This document shows positions 30,055 through 40,172 of a stretch of 57,911 bases of DNA, in pieces. The notes beneath the pieces were generated by a model that worked only from the letters and a program-made list of their open reading frames with translations, did not search any database and was not told where the DNA came from. The stretch's first letter is position 1. The number at the start of each line of letters is the position of its first letter. This DNA comes from a virus. Taxonomy: Duplodnaviria > Caudoviricetes. A program made the translations under genes and the position numbers. Location: positions 1 to 57,911 of the IMG/VR virus record IMGVR_UViG_3300020161_003007; one strand, given 5' to 3'.

Positions 30055-32117
30055 TAGTTAGTTACGGCAGTTAAAGTTGTTATAATGGTTGTTGGATCAT
30101 TTACATCAATTGTAATAATTGTATTTCTTGTGGATTCTATAATGCCTTTTTCTGATTCTACGGTCAACCGCATTAAACCATCAGTAGACGAAACACTAAG
30201 GATATTAATATCTGATAAAATAATCTCACCAGTTTCATAATTAATTTCACCAACATTATCATCTACAATTTGTCTTTGAGCACTTGCATCATAATAAATT
30301 GTTCTTAATGTTCCTAATTTAGTATCAATTTCAGCAGTAGCAGTTGCGTAACTGCCGCCACCTCCACTAAGAGTAATAACCGCTCTACTATAATCTATCC
30401 CACGATTGGTTACAATAATTCTATTAACAGTACCATTTACAATTACAGCTTCAGCTGTAGCTCCTGTTCCATCTCCAGTTATCGTAACTGTTGGAGCTGA
30501 AGTATAGTTTAAACCTGGATTTGTAACAAGAATTGAAGATATACCAGTAAAAGATGTAGGTACTTCTTCAATTGTAACTGTTCTAATAACACTCGAAGCA
30601 TCTCTAGTTTGAAATTCTGTTGATGTAAGTTTATTTGTTGTTGTTCCTCGTTTTAGTGGTACATCAAAATTAATTTCATAGGTAGAGTTTTGATTTAATT
30701 TTGGAGTAAATTTCTTTTGTGCTTTAATTGTTAATTGATTTCCAATAATTGCATTTTGATCAACATTATCAATCGCTGCTTCTAATTTTGAGTCAACCAA
30801 CCTTGAACTAAATTTGTTTAAGTATGTATTGTTATATTGAATAACGGCATCTTTAATAGACTCAATTAAAACTTGTTCATTTACTGTAGTTTTTCTAGGA
30901 TCATATCGAGCATCAATTTCAATAATAAAATAAAGAAATTGAGGATCTACAATTTCAGCACTAACAGAAATAATTGATTTTGGATTAATAACTTCTACAA
31001 TAATTTTTTGTTTTTCATCTTCAGAAATATAATAATTTTCTTTTGGTTTTAAAGACAGAAAAACTTTACCATAAACTGGCGGAACATTATCTTCGCCGCC
31101 CCAAACAGATATAGAATCAATATTTGGATAATTATTTAAAACATAAGTTGCATAATCTTTATTTGTAACCAAACGATTTTGTGTTGAAAATCTTGCAGAC
31201 GAAGCAAATTTAATACTATCAACCGTTTCTCTTTCAGCACCACCAGAAGCAGCTGTTTTTGGTGTAATTATAAAATTTGCAAAAGATGCTCCAGTAGAAT
31301 CAGTAACACTTGAAGTTGCAATAAAATTATTTGCTTTATTTGCATTTGCTCCATCTGTTACAAGATATTTACAAGTTACGACTGCACCATCTGGCAATTT
31401 TTTACCAACAACATCATTACCAAAATAAATTTGAAAAAAACCTCCGCGACCTTCTTGTAAATAATAAACTTCTGAATTTGGGCCAATATCTAAAACATCT
31501 GTTACTTTTTGATAGGTAATCGAAGATGTATTTCCTGAATTTGGAGTTACTGAAACTTTAAGTGTTGTAGTGTCTATGTTTTCATCAGGCAATTCAAATA
31601 TTGATTTTGGATTTGAGCTCTGGTCATGGTTAAAGGCATAGGTAACATATTGTCCTTCATAAATTGGTAAATCTTCAAAAATATATTTTGTGTTTGATTT
31701 TGTAACTAAAGTATCTTGTAATACAACAAAATTATATGCTCTATTATCAATTTGATTTGATATGAAAGAAAACCCTTCTGGTAAAGTGCATGTACCAGAT
31801 GTTGTATTAAAAGTTTCTATGTTAAAATTTATTGTTGCAACTGGTGCTCTTCTGGAATATGGAACATATCCTAAAGATTTAGCATGAGAAACAACAGAAT
31901 CACGAAGTAAGGCAGTATCCAAAAACGATTCATTAGCCACCATATTTAAATAGTATGCATTATAGTGTGTATTATAGGCAAGAATATCTAAAAGAATGTT
32001 TAAAGAAGAACCTTCAAAATCATAATCTTGAAATTGTTGTTGTTGTTTTAGAAAATTTTTTAAATTTGTTTTGATTGTATCAAAATCAAGTTCTGTTACT
32101 TTTAATCGATTGGCCAT
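30054..32117 (-). CDS. Baseplate wedge subunit, T4 gp6-like
   Basis: LDFDTIKTNL...DYDFEGS...LAYNTHY; QNRLVT..DY; WGGEDN.PP.YGKV. Confidence 0.92.
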   Translation of the reverse strand: MANRLKVTELDFDTIKTNLKNFLKQQQQFQDYDFEGSSLNILLDILAYNTHYNAYYLNMVANESFLDTALLRDSVVSHAKSLGYVPYSRRAPVATINFNIETFNTTSGTCTLPEGFSFISNQIDNRAYNFVVLQDTLVTKSNTKYIFEDLPIYEGQYVTYAFNHDQSSNPKSIFELPDENIDTTTLKVSVTPNSGNTSSITYQKVTDVLDIGPNSEVYYLQEGRGGFFQIYFGNDVVGKKLPDGAVVTCKYLVTDGANANKANNFIATSSVTDSTGASFANFIITPKTAASGGAERETVDSIKFASSARFSTQNRLVTNKDYATYVLNNYPNIDSISVWGGEDNVPPVYGKVFLSLKPKENYYISEDEKQKIIVEVINPKSIISVSAEIVDPQFLYFIIEIDARYDPRKTTVNEQVLIESIKDAVIQYNNTYLNKFSSRLVDSKLEAAIDNVDQNAIIGNQLTIKAQKKFTPKLNQNSTYEINFDVPLKRGTTTNKLTSTEFQTRDASSVIRTVTIEEVPTSFTGISSILVTNPGLNYTSAPTVTITGDGTGATAEAVIVNGTVNRIIVTNRGIDYSRAVITLSGGGGSYATATAEIDTKLGTLRTIYYDASAQRQIVDDNVGEINYETGEIILSDINILSVSSTDGLMRLTVESEKGIIESTRNTIITIDVNDPTTIITTLTAVTN

Positions 32118-32119
32118 TT

Positions 32120-32524
32120 TTATCTAATTCGTTCTAGAAAAAAGTTAATTGTAATTGGATTTGGACTATTAATAATAAAAAATTCTAAAGTAATTTGATA
32201 AGAATTTTCATCAGGCGCAGGAATTGCTCTAACTTTAGAAATTTGAACTCTAGGTTCAAAATTTCCAATTACTTCGGTAATTTCTCTTTCAACTCTTGCA
32301 GCAATTATTGAATCAATATTTTCAAATAACATTCGGCGAATATTGCTGCCAACTTGCGGCCTAAATGGTCGTTCATAATGATTGGTTAAGATTAAATTCT
32401 TAATCGAGTTAATAATTGCTGTTTCATTCGTATGAACATTTACATCTTTTTTGACTGGATGTGCAGTAAACTTTAAATCCAAATCTCTAAAAGCACGTTC
32501 TGAGTTTATTTTTATGTATGCCAT
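32120..32524 (-). CDS. Baseplate wedge subunit, T4 gp25-like
   Basis: SIKNLILT...ERPF.P..GS...LFE...FEPRV. Confidence 0.92.
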   Translation of the reverse strand: MAYIKINSERAFRDLDLKFTAHPVKKDVNVHTNETAIINSIKNLILTNHYERPFRPQVGSNIRRMLFENIDSIIAARVEREITEVIGNFEPRVQISKVRAIPAPDENSYQITLEFFIINSPNPITINFFLERIR

Positions 32525-32536
32525 TTTCTATTTATT

Positions 32537-32827
32537 CTATCCTGCAAAAACATTTGAAGAGCCTTGAGCTACAGAAGTACAACCAGATATTGAATCTCCC
32601 ACTCGACCAATACCAGCACCATTTACTTTTACAGTAGAAGATCCAGTTGAAATCGCAGAAGCATGGGCCGGACAACCTTTTCCACCTGGAAGAAGGTGTA
32701 CCGTGTTTATATCGCCCTGTCTACTTACTGGTCTTCCATTGACGAACACATTACCTGACCCTCTGGCTCTAGCTGGGACAGAACAATGTACAACATCTAA
32801 ATCTCCGACTCTTGTGACTGATGGCAT
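32537..32827 (-). CDS. PAAR spike-tip protein (gp5.4-like)
   Basis: RVGD..GSGNVFVNG...GSSTVKVNG..RVGD..C..GSSNVF. Confidence 0.9.
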   Translation of the reverse strand: MPSVTRVGDLDVVHCSVPARARGSGNVFVNGRPVSRQGDINTVHLLPGGKGCPAHASAISTGSSTVKVNGAGIGRVGDSISGCTSVAQGSSNVFAG

Positions 32828-32830
32828 ATT

Positions 32831-34192
32831 TTAATATGTCCAAAAAGTACCTATTTGTGACCTTGGTAGTTTTGTCATTTTTAAATAACTTCCCCTTCTA
32901 ATCTCTATAGTTCCAGCCGCACATTTTGCTGTTAATCTTATATAAGGTTGCCAAGAGTTCCATGGTGGACTTGATGTTAAGATAGTTGTATTAAAATTCA
33001 AATAAAACATTCCTTCCGTCACAGGCAAAGTAATTTCGCCCGTAGGTTCAAATAATCCACCATTATGAAAATATGCAATTGATGCTCCAACAGGAGTTCC
33101 AACACCTGAACCAGTTTCTGAAGCACCAACAAAACCCGTTAACGCAGTTTGACAAAAATGTGAAGTAATATTTACAGAACCACTTCCTGAATCAGGAAAA
33201 ACTCTAAAAGTACTATTTGATGTTGTTGTTTTTTTTCCGTATAAATGCCAAGTAATTTCATATAGAGTATTTGCTAGTGCTTGTGGTGTCATAAAACTTG
33301 GACCAAAAACAGTAGTTTCACTTGATGTTATTACAACATTTGAATTCTGTAAATATACTTGTATAGATGGTATAAGACCTGGCCCAGAGTCATTATCTAA
33401 CCAACCCGAAAATACAAAACTGTTGTTAATATTTGCTAATTGAATTAAACCTGCCTCATAAGTGGTAATTTTTGGTGTAGGAAATAATGTAGCTGATGAA
33501 GTTTTGACATTTTTGGTAGAAATGGTTTGAAAAGAAGCATTTTCAGTAGAAATTACATTACCGTTTGCATATAAATGCCTAAAAGAAGCACCACTAGAGC
33601 AAGTTATGTTGCCTGTTGTAATATTTCTCGTTGCTGTTACATTTGTTGATGTTACATTTGTTGCTATTACATTTAAAGTAAAAATTGAACCGTTGCTATT
33701 AATTCTTGTGGTTGTTGATACAGCTATATTTCCACTTACATTTAAACTTGTTGCATTTGTTGTTGGAACTTGGCCAGTTCCAGTATTAAGGATTGTTATT
33801 GTGTTTGATGCAGGATCAGCACTTAATGAAATTCCCGTACCTGATGCTAAAATTAAAACATTACTTGTAGAATTAGCTACTACACTACCTCCACCACTCA
33901 CAGAAACAGTTGAAAATGAATTTGTAGCTATTCCTGCATTTGTTATGGTTATTGTGTCTGTATTTGCATTAGTTGTTAATAATATACCAGCACCAGCTTC
34001 TAAAGTTAAATTGTCGGATGAAGATTCAGCTACAACATTAGATTGGCCATCAACTATAATTTTAGAAAAAGTATTTGAAGTATTTGTTTCAAAACCATCA
34101 AGATAACTAAAATTATTATCTAAATCTTCTAATGATACTGAAATAGTTTTATCTGCAAATGTATGAGGAATTGTCATTCTGCTGGTTCCCAA
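32831..34192 (-). CDS. Fibre/adhesin-like virion protein
   Basis: 453 aa; LDNNF motif; two F..I.V.G...VA.S....L.L.AG.GI repeats. Confidence 0.6.
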   Translation of the reverse strand: MGTSRMTIPHTFADKTISVSLEDLDNNFSYLDGFETNTSNTFSKIIVDGQSNVVAESSSDNLTLEAGAGILLTTNANTDTITITNAGIATNSFSTVSVSGGGSVVANSTSNVLILASGTGISLSADPASNTITILNTGTGQVPTTNATSLNVSGNIAVSTTTRINSNGSIFTLNVIATNVTSTNVTATRNITTGNITCSSGASFRHLYANGNVISTENASFQTISTKNVKTSSATLFPTPKITTYEAGLIQLANINNSFVFSGWLDNDSGPGLIPSIQVYLQNSNVVITSSETTVFGPSFMTPQALANTLYEITWHLYGKKTTTSNSTFRVFPDSGSGSVNITSHFCQTALTGFVGASETGSGVGTPVGASIAYFHNGGLFEPTGEITLPVTEGMFYLNFNTTILTSSPPWNSWQPYIRLTAKCAAGTIEIRRGSYLKMTKLPRSQIGTFWTY

Positions 34193-34752
34193 TATAATGT
34201 TTCATTTTGATTATTTACCCAATTTATAGTTTCGCCATTTATATTTGTCCAAACAAATCTTAAAACATAAGGTGATGCATCTGGATTATAATAATTGTTT
34301 ATAAAGGTTGTAAATTGTTGAACATTATTTTCAACAATATGTGTCATTGTAAAATTTTCTGTTGTATTTCCTGTTTCATAATTATTATAATTTACACTTA
34401 TTGAATATGTTTTTGTGATACTTGTTTTAGTATCTGGTAAATATTCAAATAACTCTTTATCTGAAGGAATATTATCTATATCAGTTAAAGAAACAGGTGT
34501 TTCCAAAAGATCACTACTTCCATCTGTAATATATTTAGCTGAATCAAAAAATCCTTTTCTATAAACACCAAAAATAGTAAAACTGGTATTGCCTGTAACG
34601 ATATTAATATCAGGTTCTATTTCTCCCTGTAGAGATACACTAATAGAATTAATTGATTCCGATTCGCCTGCTGCTATATTTACTGTTCTACTAAATGTGC
34701 TTTTTCTTTTTACCCTTGGTATTTCAGATTGTGGACTAAAAGTTAATGCCAT
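34174..34752 (-). CDS. Hypothetical baseplate-region protein
   Basis: 192 aa ORF overlapping both neighbours. Confidence 0.65.
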   Translation of the reverse strand: MALTFSPQSEIPRVKRKSTFSRTVNIAAGESESINSISVSLQGEIEPDINIVTGNTSFTIFGVYRKGFFDSAKYITDGSSDLLETPVSLTDIDNIPSDKELFEYLPDTKTSITKTYSISVNYNNYETGNTTENFTMTHIVENNVQQFTTFINNYYNPDASPYVLRFVWTNINGETINWVNNQNETLYWEPAE

Positions 34753-34945
34753 TTGTTTCTCTTTTCATTAGTTCTTTTAGTTTATTATTCCAAGAATCTA
34801 TTTCTTTATGTTGTTCTGGTGTATGTGGCGGTTTTGGAATTTCAGGTAAAAATTTTATTACGTTATCAAATTTTTTTGGTATCTTATTATAGTTCGTATA
34901 GGTTTTTAATTTACCATTTAAAAGAATAACAAATTCGTGTGGCAT
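34736..34945 (-). CDS. Conserved small protein downstream of gp5
   Basis: IP..FDNVIKF.P..P.PPHT..QH motif seen at this position in T4-like phages. Confidence 0.7.
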   Translation of the reverse strand: MPHEFVILLNGKLKTYTNYNKIPKKFDNVIKFLPEIPKPPHTPEQHKEIDSWNNKLKELMKRETNGINF

Positions 34946-34946
34946 A

Positions 34947-35906
34947 TTAATTCAGGTCAATACGAGGAGCATTAAATTTCATACGACCACTTGAACTAAT
35001 TGTACAAGAGCCGCCTATATCGGCATTAAAATTTCCGCCAACATCTAGTGTAGCACTACCACCAACACTTACTGTAGCGCTGCCACTCACATCACCAGTT
35101 AAATTTCCTTCAACGGTTGCGGTAACATCTCCACCAACTTCTAGATTTACGTTTCCATCCACATAAACCTTCACATCGCCTTTTACATAAACAGAATCAT
35201 TACCTACAACAACAGTAAACTTATCTTTTTCTATTCTTTCGGCTCGATCACCTTCTGGCCCCCATTCAACATATGAACCTGAACGATGATACAAATGAAT
35301 TCTCTCAGCATCTTTTGTATCATCAAATTCCAATGCATGGCCAGATTCAGATTCATAAACATTATTGTAAGGGTAAACAGCGTTATAATAAGAATCTGGT
35401 TCTACTTTTGATTCTTTCTTTTCTTTTTTACTTTCATTAATTGGTGATAGGTAATCAGAATCATTTCTTGCTAAGCGTGAGGTTGTTGGTTCATCTAAAT
35501 TTCTTGGGTATAATGAAGCATCTTCATTTGGTTTTATGGGTGCAGATGATAAAACATCTCCTGTTCTCGAATCGCTAAATGCTTCTTGTTCATTTCCTGC
35601 TTTTAATGGAATGCTAGGAAATGTTGCAAGTACAACTGGCGCTTGACCAGCTTCACCGTCAACAAAAAATCCAAATACCATGTCACCGTCTTTTGGTGCA
35701 TATGGGTTTGGATTATTTGGCGGAAAAGCAACCATAGCCCAAGGAAGCATATCTGTCGGAAGATGCATTTTATTTTCTGAATGCCAACCAACACAACGAA
35801 CACGGACACGCCCAAGTTTTAAAGGATCTTGCCTATCTTCTACGATGCCAGTAAACCAAATAAAACCATTTTTACCAGCAAAATCTTTATTATCTTCGAT
35901 CTTCAT
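34947..35906 (-). CDS. Baseplate central spike, T4 gp5-like, with no lysozyme domain
   Basis: WFTG.VEDR.DPLKLGRVRVR; YPYN.V.ESESGH..EFDDT...ERI; VxGN/D beta-helix repeats. Confidence 0.9.
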   Translation of the reverse strand: MKIEDNKDFAGKNGFIWFTGIVEDRQDPLKLGRVRVRCVGWHSENKMHLPTDMLPWAMVAFPPNNPNPYAPKDGDMVFGFFVDGEAGQAPVVLATFPSIPLKAGNEQEAFSDSRTGDVLSSAPIKPNEDASLYPRNLDEPTTSRLARNDSDYLSPINESKKEKKESKVEPDSYYNAVYPYNNVYESESGHALEFDDTKDAERIHLYHRSGSYVEWGPEGDRAERIEKDKFTVVVGNDSVYVKGDVKVYVDGNVNLEVGGDVTATVEGNLTGDVSGSATVSVGGSATLDVGGNFNADIGGSCTISSSGRMKFNAPRIDLN

Positions 35907-37246
35907 TCTGTGCCATATTCTAAAATTTCATTTTGTTCTTCTCTACTACTTGATGCTATGAAACCAGTATCAGAGGAACTAGATGCAACTTCAATAATTG
36001 TTTCATGTTTTTGAAAACTTATGATATGTCTTGAAGCTACAATTATGTATTTACCACTTATACTCTTGTCGTTTTCATTTGTTGATTTATTACCAATACC
36101 TATTTGAGGCGCTTCAACATTTACATTAAATCCGGAAGATAATTGAAAATTACCAGGCATCACAATCTTCAATTTTTTTGCCATTAAATTTTGTAAAATA
36201 GCTTTTCTTTGAAAATACCAATCTTCTGTATTTTCTTCTTTAGAGATGGAAGAAGGATCTTTTTTCTTAATGTATTCACTTGACTGTTTTGCGTAACCAA
36301 AAATGCTTACAGCTTTACGAGAATTATATGCTTCTGAATTTTCTACACCCTCACGGTTCTGAATAGAGGTAAAGTTTGGTGATTTATTTCCATGATCCAT
36401 GGTCAAATAATGGTCGCCATAACTTATATTCTTTGTCATTATAGAACGAGTGATTGGATCAAACCCAATAAATTTACCTGCATTAACACCGTGCCTGGTT
36501 TTGTTAATAGCATCATTCAATGTCAAAACTTCTAAATGCCTAGCACCTTGCATTTCGCTAATTGTATTAACACCTTCTATATTTTTTGTTTGATATTTAA
36601 TATCAAGTATTTCTTGTTGCGTTAAAAGAGTTGAGAGTGTTGCAAAATTATAACCAGTTACGTTTTGAAAAAATATAAAGTTTGGTGAACTTTTAGAATC
36701 AATCGCTCTTTTAGCACACCATTGTATAGCATCTAAGGGTCTTAAATTGGGTATAACTATTTGTCTAATACCAGAAGAATCTTCATAAAGTCCTCCTAAA
36801 TTATTTTCAGGCACTTTAAGATAATCAGTAAGAATTCTATTGACTACTTCAGAATATGTAGCTTCATATGATTGATTAATTCGTTGTTGATCTGAATATA
36901 ATAATTCATCAGACACAAAATGTAATAAGTATTTTACTGTTCCTGGTCCATCAGCATTTCTGTTGGATTGTTTGTAAACTCGAAAGGCCTTTTTAAATGT
37001 TGCTATGTCTGATTCCGCATCTTTTTTAAAGCTTAATAATACTGATTCCGACCCGTCAAATAGCAATTGTCCAGACAAATTTAATGAATCACGAATCACA
37101 ATATTACCGCTCATCACTGGCATTAACATGGAATCAAATATATTAATTTCAGTAAAAATTGGACCTATATCAATTTTACCAGATTTAGTCACAAGAACTA
37201 CTTCATCAACTACATACTGAGTTGATTGTTTTATTTCTAAGCTCAT
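35903..37246 (-). CDS. Baseplate hub / tail protein (gp27-like position)
   Basis: 447 aa between gp53 and gp5; C-terminal PGN..L..G...SGKY.I...RH. Confidence 0.6.
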   Translation of the reverse strand: MSLEIKQSTQYVVDEVVLVTKSGKIDIGPIFTEINIFDSMLMPVMSGNIVIRDSLNLSGQLLFDGSESVLLSFKKDAESDIATFKKAFRVYKQSNRNADGPGTVKYLLHFVSDELLYSDQQRINQSYEATYSEVVNRILTDYLKVPENNLGGLYEDSSGIRQIVIPNLRPLDAIQWCAKRAIDSKSSPNFIFFQNVTGYNFATLSTLLTQQEILDIKYQTKNIEGVNTISEMQGARHLEVLTLNDAINKTRHGVNAGKFIGFDPITRSIMTKNISYGDHYLTMDHGNKSPNFTSIQNREGVENSEAYNSRKAVSIFGYAKQSSEYIKKKDPSSISKEENTEDWYFQRKAILQNLMAKKLKIVMPGNFQLSSGFNVNVEAPQIGIGNKSTNENDKSISGKYIIVASRHIISFQKHETIIEVASSSSDTGFIASSSREEQNEILEYGTE

Positions 37247-37893
37247 CTAGAAACTAACCTTTTAAATTCTTTATCTACTTCGTTAATAAAATCACTTTTT
37301 AAAAGTCTAATTTCTCTTTTCTTTTCATTTTCTTCAACTTCATATTCATAATAAGACCTAGTTTCTTTTGAGATTTTAATTATTACTGTTTCACTATTTG
37401 CAGTAGTATATGTGTTTGTTGTTCCTGTAGTATTTGCATATGTGTTTGCATCTATTTGATATTTTCTTGTTGTTATTGTACCATCATTTCCAGTTGTGGT
37501 TACAACTTTAAAATATGCTTGAGGATTATTTGTACTTAATGCCCAATTAAGACCAGATTGAACCGTTGTATTTGCAGCACCATTTGCTGTATATTTTTTA
37601 TCAACGTATTCAATTAAAGTTTCTGATTTTAATGGCCAATCAAATTGTGGATCTACAATATCATTAAACAATAAAACAACCCAATGTTTTTCTGAATCAC
37701 CATAATATTTGTCTGCTATAATTTCTGGTGTGTCTGAATCTTGTATTTGATATGGATAAAAAGCAGTGGAATTATTTTTTAATGCTTCTTCAAATGTAAA
37801 ACGAGTGGTTATATTTGTTACAACATCTACACCATTTGTTGTATTATTAGCAATATAAAATGTTTTGGGGAAATAAGAGAAAAATTTTGCCAT
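37243..37893 (-). CDS. Baseplate wedge protein, T4 gp53-like
   Basis: FFSYFP; TPEIIA.KYYGD...HWVVLL.N.I.DP..DWP; YEYE...NE.KR.I. Confidence 0.9.
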   Translation of the reverse strand: MAKFFSYFPKTFYIANNTTNGVDVVTNITTRFTFEEALKNNSTAFYPYQIQDSDTPEIIADKYYGDSEKHWVVLLFNDIVDPQFDWPLKSETLIEYVDKKYTANGAANTTVQSGLNWALSTNNPQAYFKVVTTTGNDGTITTRKYQIDANTYANTTGTTNTYTTANSETVIIKISKETRSYYEYEVEENEKKREIRLLKSDFINEVDKEFKRLVSR

Positions 37894-37907
37894 TTTAATT
37901 CATTTCT

Positions 37908-39116
37908 TCAAGATGTACCATATTCGCCTCGCTGGCTCGCCGCAGTTTTTTCTGCGGTTATATCGCCTGGCAAAGATATGGATTTTGTGATGTAAGTTAC
38001 TTCTTGGAAAGATAAAGTCATTTCGATTCCAACTGGCATACCTGTTCCACCTAAAGTTGCATCTTGACCAGGAACTTCATAGGCAGACCAACCTTGTGGA
38101 GCATAGTTAACTTGTATATCTTTTAGAACACAAGAACCTATTTTTGGTATGTTATCATTTTCTTTACCTGAATAATAAAATTTAATATCGAACTCTGAAG
38201 GAGGTATTAGTAAGCTAGCAGAACCTTCTGTTTTAATTTCTGGAGCTTGGTGATATTGCAAAAGAGTGATAATTTTCTGAACTTCTATTGCTTCTCTTTC
38301 GCTTCTAGGATAAAATTTAAAAATATAATCAAAACTTCTAAAAGATGGTGATTTGTAAATTACTTCTAACATAGGATTAACAACTGCACCAATACCTAAA
38401 AAAGCCCCAGCTCTACCAATATCACCTAAACCTGCACCTTTTATTGAAGCATAGGCTTTTACTGCATCAAGAAGTTTACCTGTATCAAATCCACCTACGA
38501 CCTGTTCAGCAATAGAGCTACCAACTAAACCAGCTAAATTTGAAGTCAATGATAACTCATCGTAATTCTGTCTAAACCCAAATTGCAACGTATCTGGCAT
38601 ATAAAGAGCTATAACATCACCGGTGTGTTTTGTTTGACTTAATTTACCACCATTTAATTGTAAACTTTTTACATTTCGATCTATAATCGATTGAGTAGCT
38701 GCTCCATTTCCACTTAATACTGTGGCTTTATTAAAACCTAATCCACCAACAATATTTTTAATACCAGAAACAACTCCTGAAGCTACTTTGCTTCCGGTTA
38801 AAGAATCTATTTTGTTTGCTTGATTTGAAACAAAATTACCAACTTCGCCGCCAACAGCGGTGTTTATGTTTGAAGTTCCTCCCAAACCAGATAAAGCTTG
38901 TGAGGTTGCATTTTCTTGTGGAGAATCTTGTAATTGTGATGAATTTTGCTTGTTAATATAAATTAGCATGTAGTGACCTTTATCAGGAGATCCTACATCT
39001 AATGGATATTTTAAAGTTTTTGTTTGATACTTTGATTCGTATAGAGAAGCTAAAGGGCCTTTTGTTGCTTCAGGATTTTTATCGAATCGTATTTCGCCTA
39101 AGCCAAATAACGGCAT
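37908..39116 (-). CDS. Baseplate tail-tube cap, T4 gp48-like
   Basis: IALYMP; NP..E..Y..P.FR.F...FKF.PRS..EA; CVL....VNYAP; L.FQE. Confidence 0.85.
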   Translation of the reverse strand: MPLFGLGEIRFDKNPEATKGPLASLYESKYQTKTLKYPLDVGSPDKGHYMLIYINKQNSSQLQDSPQENATSQALSGLGGTSNINTAVGGEVGNFVSNQANKIDSLTGSKVASGVVSGIKNIVGGLGFNKATVLSGNGAATQSIIDRNVKSLQLNGGKLSQTKHTGDVIALYMPDTLQFGFRQNYDELSLTSNLAGLVGSSIAEQVVGGFDTGKLLDAVKAYASIKGAGLGDIGRAGAFLGIGAVVNPMLEVIYKSPSFRSFDYIFKFYPRSEREAIEVQKIITLLQYHQAPEIKTEGSASLLIPPSEFDIKFYYSGKENDNIPKIGSCVLKDIQVNYAPQGWSAYEVPGQDATLGGTGMPVGIEMTLSFQEVTYITKSISLPGDITAEKTAASQRGEYGTS

Positions 39117-39151
39117 ATGTATTTCCTATGAAAGAGGGATAGATAGTATTT

Positions 39152-39580
39152 ATGTCATATAAAGGATGGTTTACTCCTCGCAACCCACAAAAATACAAAG
39201 GCGATGCCACAAACATCGTTTACCGCTCGTCATGGGAACTTCGTGTAATGAAGTATTTGGATGAGAATTCTGCGGTTGTGTGGTGGGCATCTGAAGAACT
39301 TTTCATACCTTATAAATCACCAGTTGATCAAAAAGTACATCGTTATTTTCCAGACTTTATCGCAAAAATCCGTCAGGCAAACAAAGAAATAACCATGGTC
39401 ATAGAAGTTAAACCATTCAAACAAACTCAAAAACCAATTCAAAAAAGACGCACCCAAAAGTTTCTTCAGGAAGTAGCTACATATGCTATCAATCAGGAGA
39501 AGTGGCGTGCAGCCGATCTATTCTGTAAGGAACATGGTTGGCAATTCAAAATTATAACAGAAAAAGAGTTAGGACTTTGA
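39152..39580 (+). CDS. Head completion nuclease, T4 gp4-like (TnsA-like fold)
   Basis: P.NP.KY.GD...I.YRSSWE; W.SEE..IPY; HRYFPDF; IEVKP. Confidence 0.92.
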   Translation: MSYKGWFTPRNPQKYKGDATNIVYRSSWELRVMKYLDENSAVVWWASEELFIPYKSPVDQKVHRYFPDFIAKIRQANKEITMVIEVKPFKQTQKPIQKRRTQKFLQEVATYAINQEKWRAADLFCKEHGWQFKIITEKELGL

Positions 39581-39593
39581 GATAAATAGCATA

Positions 39594-40172
39594 ATGGCTT
39601 ATCTTATAGACCGAATAAAACAATCACTTGCGAAAGAGGGCTTGGCGCCAAGAACTCGTTATGCTAGAGAATGGTTGAATTCTAAAGTAAAGAATTTAAA
39701 TCCAACTCCTGCCACATTAATCCGTGATAGACAAAGATTGAGAGATAAGACATTTATTGGAAAGATGTATTTTTACTACTATGATCCAAAGACTAAAGAT
39801 TCAATGCCATATTACGACAGGTTCCCATTGGTAATACCAATAGAACAATACTCAGACGGTTTCTTAGGGTTGAATTTACATTACATTCACCCAAGGCAAC
39901 GAATCATTTTACTGGACAAATTAAGTAAAACTGCAACTAATAAAAATTTTGATGATAAAACAAAACTCAGAATTAGTTATGAGTATTTAAAATCAGCTAG
40001 TTCTGCGTTTGAAGCTATGCCGTGCATCAAGAGGTATCTCTTTTCACAAATCAATTCTAGATTTATAGAGATAACTGCTGATGAGTGGGATATTGCTGCA
40101 TTATTACCAACAGAAACTATTGTTGGTGCTTCAGAAAGTAAAGTTTACGCAGATTCACGAAAGAAATTTTAA
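39594..40172 (+). CDS. DNA end-protector protein, T4 gp2-like
   Basis: YYYDPKTK..MPYYDRFPL...FLGLNLHY...IKRYL; TAAATA at 39583-39588. Confidence 0.9.
   Translation: MAYLIDRIKQSLAKEGLAPRTRYAREWLNSKVKNLNPTPATLIRDRQRLRDKTFIGKMYFYYYDPKTKDSMPYYDRFPLVIPIEQYSDGFLGLNLHYIHPRQRIILLDKLSKTATNKNFDDKTKLRISYEYLKSASSAFEAMPCIKRYLFSQINSRFIEITADEWDIAALLPTETIVGASESKVYADSRKKF

Noticed and set aside
33606-34106. 166-aa plus-strand ORF (also 26474-26863, 51840-52343, 53287-53676)
   Set aside because: These are antisense shadows of well-supported minus-strand genes with biased codon usage.
39152-39580. TnsA transposase or mobile element
   Set aside because: Sequence and position next to gp2 and gp48 match the T4 gp4 head-completion nuclease. 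No transposon ends or other Tns genes are present.
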